From the NCBI GenBank assembly GCA_031426555.1, contig JANPLN010000002.1, forward strand, positions 32,001 through 96,000: a stretch of DNA of 64,000 nt. Reading direction: 5' to 3'. A model generated the notes under the pieces. That model saw only the letters and a program-made list of their open reading frames with translations, was not told where the DNA came from and did not search any database. The DNA is from Bdellovibrionales bacterium (lineage in GTDB: Bacteria > Bdellovibrionota > Bdellovibrionia > Bdellovibrionales > JAGQZY01). The position numbers were made by a program, and so were the translations under genes. Positions 58,339 to 64,000 of this stretch are shown here, piece after piece; position 1 is the stretch's first letter; each line of letters starts with the position of its first letter.

Positions 58339-61300
58339 AAGTTCACCTTATCCAAAAGATTTCCGACGTTGGTGATTTCTCCTGCGCTCTTAGATTCCTC
58401 AGGAGCCAAACGGTGGAACGCTCTCGCAGATTGCAACAGTGGCTCTCCATAAGCTTCTAAACTTAAGCCTTTTTCGAATGCTGTTTTGTAAGCTGCCTTG
58501 GCCTTCTGTAAAAACTCAGCCGCCTGTTGTGTTGCTAAATCTTTAAATTGTTTTGCTTGATCCCCTTTGGCGTATTCGCGTGGAACCGGGCTTGTTCCAA
58601 ACGCTCGACTGATGATTTCGTGGGACTCTGCCTCTGCAGCGAGTGCGCCCACAATTGCCGGACCATAATCGTACTTGATGACTTCAGCCAAATTGTTTTG
58701 CAATGTCTTTTGTAAGTTTTTAAGCCGCTGTAAACCATCGACAATCGTTTTTTCCGAAGCGCCAAGACGCACATCTCGCATCTCCTGAATATACTTCCGA
58801 GCTAACCATAACTTTGCCAGCGAAGCCTGTTTGGCTCCCACTTTACCACCGCGCTCTTTGTTAAACGCGATGACTCGGTCAAACCATTGCTTGGCTTGGG
58901 TGTTTTGGCCTTTTTTCGCATAAGTATCACCGATATAAAACATAGCTTTTAAACTTTTTACGGGTTCTCTCCAGCCACCTTTTAAGAACTGATCGTAGTT
59001 GTAAATCGCTTTTCCGGTGTCTTTCTGCAAAGCATAGAGTGAGGCTTTGTCGTAAAAGCGCTCAATCTTTTCTTTTTCGGTGGAAGTTTTATCCAAAATA
59101 TTATAGTTCGCGGTGGCCTGATTTGTGCGACCTAAAGCCGCCCACAAGATTGCCGCATTGATGGTTGCGTTCTTGGATTTAATTCCCGTCGCGCCTTTGG
59201 CATACTGATCGTAATAAGTGGCCGCTTTTTCTAAGTGCCCCATCTTTTTGCTCATCTCAGCAAGACTGATTCTCACATCCTGCTTAAGACCGTCGTTCTC
59301 TTTACTTTTTGTTGGATTGGCCAGCACGCGCTCGTACATGCGCAAAGCATCGTTAAAATTTCCAGCCTTTTCAAAGTTGACACCCGAGTTAAACACCGCC
59401 GAAAAGGCCTGTGCAGAGCTGGCGTGCTCCACCGAGAAGTCTTCAAAGGCTTTCGCTGCTTCAGCGTGTTTGCCCGCTTTGGATAAGCCATCGGCACGGA
59501 GAAAACTCACCTTGTTCAGATTGATTTTAATTTCCTTACCCGTTTCGGATTTTGCAATCGTCGGGTTCTTCAAGAGCTCAGTGGCTTCTTTTTGGTAAGC
59601 CTCGATATCTTTACGGTTGTTGTGGATATCTAGGATGTATTCAGCAGCTAGAGGAGCATCTTTCGAACTTGGATTGTCCTTGATGATACCACGAAAGATT
59701 CCCAAAGCCGGTTCGTAATCGTTGTGTGCATAGTAAATCGAACCCAAACGTTTACGAATTTCGGCGGCTTTGTCGCCTTTTGGAAAATTTTGCAGATATA
59801 ATAAAGACGCTTTTTCGAATTTTTTTACAGCAGGATCGTAGGCAATCTTGGTGGTTTTGTCTTTAACTGTCGCTTTTTGCTGTTCCATTTTCGCGTCTGA
59901 AGGCAGCAACTTTTCCATGGATAGGACATTGTTGATAACAGCTTTTTCGAAGTACGGACTCTTTTTATCATTTTCAGCAATCCATAAGTACTGTTGGGCT
60001 GCTTTGTCGTAATCACGCATATCAAAGTAAAGCTCTGCTAAGAAAAAGCGCATTTCCGAATGTTTAGCGGAGTCTTTAAAGTAATAGAGATACATTTTGT
60101 AGGATTCGGCAGCCGTCTGCCGCGTGTAATCCGTCTTTACATTGACAGCCGTTTGGTGAAGGCGAAGGGTGTGGTTGCGCAGCGTAGTTTCTTGAAGATT
60201 GTAGGTTTCCTTGATGACATCAGGCTTTGCGGCATTGGCTTGGGCCCAATCGCTGTCTTTTGCATATTTCTCAACCCATACGCTCAACTCACCCTTAAAC
60301 AGCTTCAGGTTGTTCACGTTGAGGTAATCTTGAACAATTTGGTATTGATATTTAGACGCTTTTTCAGCCCGTGGATTATTGGCGATCAATTTTTTGAATA
60401 AATAGGCCGAAGCAGTGACGTTTCCTGAGTAGCTGTAACGATAGGCCAAAGCGTCTAACAGCTCGAGAGTCTTCTTTTCGCTGTCTGTCGCTTTAAAGAA
60501 GTCTCTCTGCGCTTCTTGGTATTTTCCGGTTTGTGCGTAAAACGCGACGTAATCTTTAATTGCTTCTTCGCGCAAACGAAGGGCATTCACTTCTTTTATG
60601 CCCTCTTCCGCTTCTCCACGACTGTCTTCCTGGCGAATGACACGCTCAAGCGTATCTACCGCTAATTCGTATTTGCCCATTCGGAAGTGACACCACGCTG
60701 TTTTATACTGCGAAAACCCACGGAGACGTGCTGTCTTTTTATTAACGAGTCTTCCGTAGTGTTCGAGAGCTTCGCTCCACTTTTCTTTTTCGAAATAAAA
60801 TTCACCGAGAGCAAAGTGCGATTCGTCGACGTAGGCACTTCCAGGATAACGCTCTGTCAGCTCCTTGTAGTAGGATTCACCTTTTTTTAGGTTTTCGACT
60901 TCGAAATTGCTATAACCTAAAAAATAGAGAGCCTGAGGAATTTTTTTATCTTTCGGAAAATCACGAGCAAACCATTCGTAGGCCTGAATAGCGCGCAGGT
61001 AATAACCTTTTCCGGGGTTTTTTGGCATCACCGGCTTATTGGAGATTTTTTTCTCTTCCCAAAGTTTGATCTTTTTATCGTAATCATCCTGAGCTTTAAA
61101 CTCGATGATTTTACCTTTTTCCACATATCTTTCAGCAAGACGCAGCCAAATCTCTCCGCGGCTTTTGCTGGTTTTGTATTTTTTCGATAAACTGTATAAA
61201 CGATCGATTTCCTGATCGATCAACTTATTGTATTCGGCTTTCAGCGCGTTCTCATCAGTAAAAAAGCGACTTGAGCGCGGCGGTTTAATCACAGTGACAT

Positions 61301-61481
61301 CTCTTGGGACCACTTTCTCATTGGCCAGGGCTTTCGATTGCGGCAACTGCTCACTCATTTTTTTAAGCGTCATTTCGGCTAATTTTTTGCGCTCAGAACG
61401 GGTCTTTTCGACCTGTGCATTTGCAGTCGACATCGCAAACAAAAATGTAAACACAAGTTGTGCTTTAAAAAATTTATTCAC
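58335..61481 (-). CDS. gltD: Large exported TPR protein (GltD/AgmU-like)
   Basis: GTG start gives a signal peptide (NKFFKAQLVFTFLFAMSTANA); many TPRs (ALGEFYF, YKTAWC); overlaps the gltC stop. Confidence 0.75.
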   Translation of the reverse strand: MNKFFKAQLVFTFLFAMSTANAQVEKTRSERKKLAEMTLKKMSEQLPQSKALANEKVVPRDVTVIKPPRSSRFFTDENALKAEYNKLIDQEIDRLYSLSKKYKTSKSRGEIWLRLAERYVEKGKIIEFKAQDDYDKKIKLWEEKKISNKPVMPKNPGKGYYLRAIQAYEWFARDFPKDKKIPQALYFLGYSNFEVENLKKGESYYKELTERYPGSAYVDESHFALGEFYFEKEKWSEALEHYGRLVNKKTARLRGFSQYKTAWCHFRMGKYELAVDTLERVIRQEDSRGEAEEGIKEVNALRLREEAIKDYVAFYAQTGKYQEAQRDFFKATDSEKKTLELLDALAYRYSYSGNVTASAYLFKKLIANNPRAEKASKYQYQIVQDYLNVNNLKLFKGELSVWVEKYAKDSDWAQANAAKPDVIKETYNLQETTLRNHTLRLHQTAVNVKTDYTRQTAAESYKMYLYYFKDSAKHSEMRFFLAELYFDMRDYDKAAQQYLWIAENDKKSPYFEKAVINNVLSMEKLLPSDAKMEQQKATVKDKTTKIAYDPAVKKFEKASLLYLQNFPKGDKAAEIRKRLGSIYYAHNDYEPALGIFRGIIKDNPSSKDAPLAAEYILDIHNNRKDIEAYQKEATELLKNPTIAKSETGKEIKINLNKVSFLRADGLSKAGKHAEAAKAFEDFSVEHASSAQAFSAVFNSGVNFEKAGNFNDALRMYERVLANPTKSKENDGLKQDVRISLAEMSKKMGHLEKAATYYDQYAKGATGIKSKNATINAAILWAALGRTNQATANYNILDKTSTEKEKIERFYDKASLYALQKDTGKAIYNYDQFLKGGWREPVKSLKAMFYIGDTYAKKGQNTQAKQWFDRVIAFNKERGGKVGAKQASLAKLWLARKYIQEMRDVRLGASEKTIVDGLQRLKNLQKTLQNNLAEVIKYDYGPAIVGALAAEAESHEIISRAFGTSPVPREYAKGDQAKQFKDLATQQAAEFLQKAKAAYKTAFEKGLSLEAYGEPLLQSARAFHRLAPEESKSAGEITNVGNLLDKVNL

Positions 61482-63111
61482 AGGCCTGTACTCCCACATA
61501 ATGATAGTTTCCGAGTTCGTCGAGCCAGTACTCACCTTCAAACGGCCAGTACTCATATCCGTTAGCGATAAAAAAGTTTCGAGACGCATCGTCCGTGATC
61601 TGTTTGCGCTGTATCTTTCGACCTGAAAGCTCCTTCGCAACAACTTCTTTTTTACCACCGAGCATTTCAAGCTTTAAAAAGTCGTTTTGCTCGAAAAAGT
61701 CGCGCAACTCTGATTTCATTTTTAACAAATGATTTCGCGTCAACTTGCCCACAAGATCCTGGGTGCTTGCACGGCGGCGCTCAATGATGCGTTTTCCAAA
61801 TTTTCCTAACGCCGACTGCTGCCAAGCTGGACTCATTTTAGAGATCAACTGATTCTCTGCCATCAACATTTCGTAGTAGTGAACGTTACTACGAATCAGA
61901 CTTTGCTTGAGAATCGACGACATAGTGATGTCGTTGAGTCGTTTAAAAGTTTTTTTATCTTTTTTATTCTTGCGCTCATCAATAGACTTTTTAACTTCGT
62001 CCCAATAAATACGACTGTCTTCGGAACGATCCAACATCTGTGATGTGTTTGCTAAGACTGGCTTGTAGATGCGATCAAAGAGGTCCAGTACTTTTTCCAT
62101 CTCGTCATAACGGCATATATATAGATAAACAATGGCTCGCAACAATAAGGACTCGGGGGCGTACTGGCTCTCGTAATAGGGAGAATGAAGTGTATGAAAG
62201 TTGCTCGACGCCGATCTAAACTGACCCGCCATCATCATGGCCCAGCTCATTTCGAAAAGAGCATCATGCCACTGCAGGGTATCCCTTGGAATTTGTCGAT
62301 AGTAGCTGAGCGACGTATCCCACTTTTTTCCTTGATAAAAAAGACGCGCCAAACCTAGATTTGCGTTCACGCGGTTCGTATCCGTGACCGGCTTTGATTG
62401 ATTGCGGCTTAACAGTTCTTCGAAAGCCGAGGTGGCTTTTCCTAACTGGTTGTTTTCAGCATACGACAAGCCTTGCTTGTAAAGTGCTTGCGGATAAACG
62501 GCGCTATCGGCTTCCACTTTGGAAAACGCTCTTGCCGCTTCTTCAAAGCTGCCTTCTTTTAATTTGAGCTCACCATATCTATAGAAGAACAAATCGCGGC
62601 TCTCGGCAGGGAACTGGTTGATCTGAATTCGTGAAACTGCGTACTTAAGGAGCACATCGGAATCCAGTATGTTGCTAAGGTAGGAAAGCTTTCCTAAACT
62701 TTGGCGCAGGTATCGACCCTCTCCCCCGCGACGAATTTCCTCGTCGATCACATCATAAAAAACAAAAGAGGCCACTTGATAGAGCTTTAGTTCCATCAGC
62801 ATTAAGCCCAACATGTATTTTAACTGAGCCGCTTCACTGGCATTTTTGGGGCTCCGACTTAAAGAAAAAAGCATTTTTGAGGCTTCTTGGTACTGCCCCG
62901 TTGTTGCAAGTTCCTTAATGCGCGCAACAACGCCGCCGCCGCCTTTGGCTGCCTTGCTCGTGGTCGTTGCTGTTTTAGAAGTCTTTGGCTTGGTTGATTT
63001 CTTTTTCGATTTTTCGGCGGCAACAGAGCGCTCAGCTGGTTTTACCTCAGCCTCTGCACCGGTTAAGAAAAATACACTGATTAATAGTGGCAACAGTTTG
63101 CGCGTCATCAT
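61474..63111 (-). CDS. gltC: TPR protein (GltC-like)
   Basis: TPRs, LHSPYY...PES, C-terminal YWPFEGEYWLDELGNY. Confidence 0.78.
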   Translation of the reverse strand: MMTRKLLPLLISVFFLTGAEAEVKPAERSVAAEKSKKKSTKPKTSKTATTTSKAAKGGGGVVARIKELATTGQYQEASKMLFSLSRSPKNASEAAQLKYMLGLMLMELKLYQVASFVFYDVIDEEIRRGGEGRYLRQSLGKLSYLSNILDSDVLLKYAVSRIQINQFPAESRDLFFYRYGELKLKEGSFEEAARAFSKVEADSAVYPQALYKQGLSYAENNQLGKATSAFEELLSRNQSKPVTDTNRVNANLGLARLFYQGKKWDTSLSYYRQIPRDTLQWHDALFEMSWAMMMAGQFRSASSNFHTLHSPYYESQYAPESLLLRAIVYLYICRYDEMEKVLDLFDRIYKPVLANTSQMLDRSEDSRIYWDEVKKSIDERKNKKDKKTFKRLNDITMSSILKQSLIRSNVHYYEMLMAENQLISKMSPAWQQSALGKFGKRIIERRRASTQDLVGKLTRNHLLKMKSELRDFFEQNDFLKLEMLGGKKEVVAKELSGRKIQRKQITDDASRNFFIANGYEYWPFEGEYWLDELGNYHYVGVQACE

Positions 63112-63965
63112 CGGTATTTTGCCTCCGGAAAGTAGAAGCTGAGACCAAAACTGATAAATAAATTATTTTGGATATCGTCTGTTGTCGTAACTATATCTAC
63201 AGCACGATCCAGCGTTGTTCTGACCTCAGGTTGCATAAAGTGCCAGCTCACATCCCAGCGAAACACCATCCACTTGGTGAGGGCAAAAACCTCACCCGTC
63301 GAAATCTTTAATGTGATGGGGTCATTTAACGATTCTACGCGGACCGTGGTTGAGCTATCGCTCGCGCTTGATCCTGTAGCCAACTGCGTTTGCCCCAAAC
63401 CAATTGAAAAATAGTGGTCAAAAGGAATGATTTTTTTATCAAAATACGAAAACTTTCCGTAAAGCGGGGTCCAGCGAAAATCCACGCCATAAAACAGCTC
63501 GGTGACCACCATGCCGTTAACCACAACCCCTCGGTCTAATAAGTTTTTCGAGTTGCTGCTGTTATTGGCGCTAAACCACTTGGCAATAAACTCCACACCC
63601 ATTTTTTCATTGAAATTGTAGGTGAGTCCGCCGCCAACGCCGTAGGCAGAAAAGTAAGCATCATTAATATTGGTCGCAGCGTTGATATTCGCTTCGAATC
63701 TTTCAGTTTTTGGTAAGTATTTTTTTTGAATAACAGCAATGTCTTCGAAGGGCTTGAGCTGGTTTAAGTTCTCAAGCTTAGTGACATTGATCTGAGGCGT
63801 TTCTTCCGCCTTAAAGGCTGCAGCTTTTGCATCCTCTTCAGATTTTTTTTCGTCTTTATTGCCATCTTCACCGTACAAATTCTCAATGCTATCGAGGTCG
63901 TCCGCGAAAGCAGGAGAAGCCAATACACACAGTGATAGAACTCCACAAAGGTAATATTTAATCAT
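63108..63965 (-). CDS. Outer-membrane beta-barrel protein (GltA/GltB family)
   Basis: Signal peptide, VIQKKYLPKTERFE, WTPLYGK, C-terminal GLSFYFP. Confidence 0.8.
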   Translation of the reverse strand: MIKYYLCGVLSLCVLASPAFADDLDSIENLYGEDGNKDEKKSEEDAKAAAFKAEETPQINVTKLENLNQLKPFEDIAVIQKKYLPKTERFEANINAATNINDAYFSAYGVGGGLTYNFNEKMGVEFIAKWFSANNSSNSKNLLDRGVVVNGMVVTELFYGVDFRWTPLYGKFSYFDKKIIPFDHYFSIGLGQTQLATGSSASDSSTTVRVESLNDPITLKISTGEVFALTKWMVFRWDVSWHFMQPEVRTTLDRAVDIVTTTDDIQNNLFISFGLSFYFPEAKYR

Positions 63966-64000
63966 AGATGAATCCCTAAACTTGCTAACTTTTCATGACA
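63962..64000 (-). CDS. Probable 3' end of an upstream gene
   Basis: Open frame CHEKLASLGIHL-TGA with ATGA overlap on the next start; only 39 nt visible. Confidence 0.35.
   Translation of the reverse strand, partial: CHEKLASLGIHL

Noticed and set aside
61482..61670. N-terminal 63-aa extension of the 1111-aa ORF
   Set aside because: It overlaps the conserved gltC C-terminus; the GTG at 61481 yields a proper signal peptide.

Overview
Bacterial chromosomal window, most likely from a Bdellovibrionota (Bdellovibrio-like predator). This is inferred from gene content: a 277-aa flagellin, an Agl/Glt gliding-motility operon, TIGR02147-like paralogues, a split nuo operon and many secreted orphans. Housekeeping blocks are nusG(5' end)-secE-tRNA-Trp-tuf with the Thr-Tyr-Gly-Thr tRNA cluster, rlmB, proS, coaD, ribE-ribB(X)-ribH-ntrY-ntrX, clpB, fliC, xerC-gmhB, mgtE-recO, ugd-uxs, nuoB-CD-E-F-G-I, rsmI, lptC/A-lptB-rpoN and glt-aglRQS. 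The best candidate for an undescribed system occurs twice (5.5-8.4 kb and 44.3-45.7 kb). Each copy has an operator-like palindrome or phased repeat, then a TIGR02147/DUF4423-like HTH gene, then a translationally coupled exported protein whose mature N-terminus starts with a GG-x(2-3)-GN motif. Other observations: three long intergenic inverted repeats with 34-52 bp perfect arms, one of them placed symmetrically 4 nt from two divergent start codons; REP-like elements; a recurring TGTCTCA-N3-TGAGACA-like site next to a sigma54 promoter and next to a sensor-less enhancer-binding protein gene; sigma28-like promoters, some apparently leaderless; two secreted-protein genes each broken by a single lesion; and several degenerate catalytic motifs. 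No CRISPR array, transposase, prophage or rRNA was recognised. All family assignments come from motif recognition by eye, without database searches.
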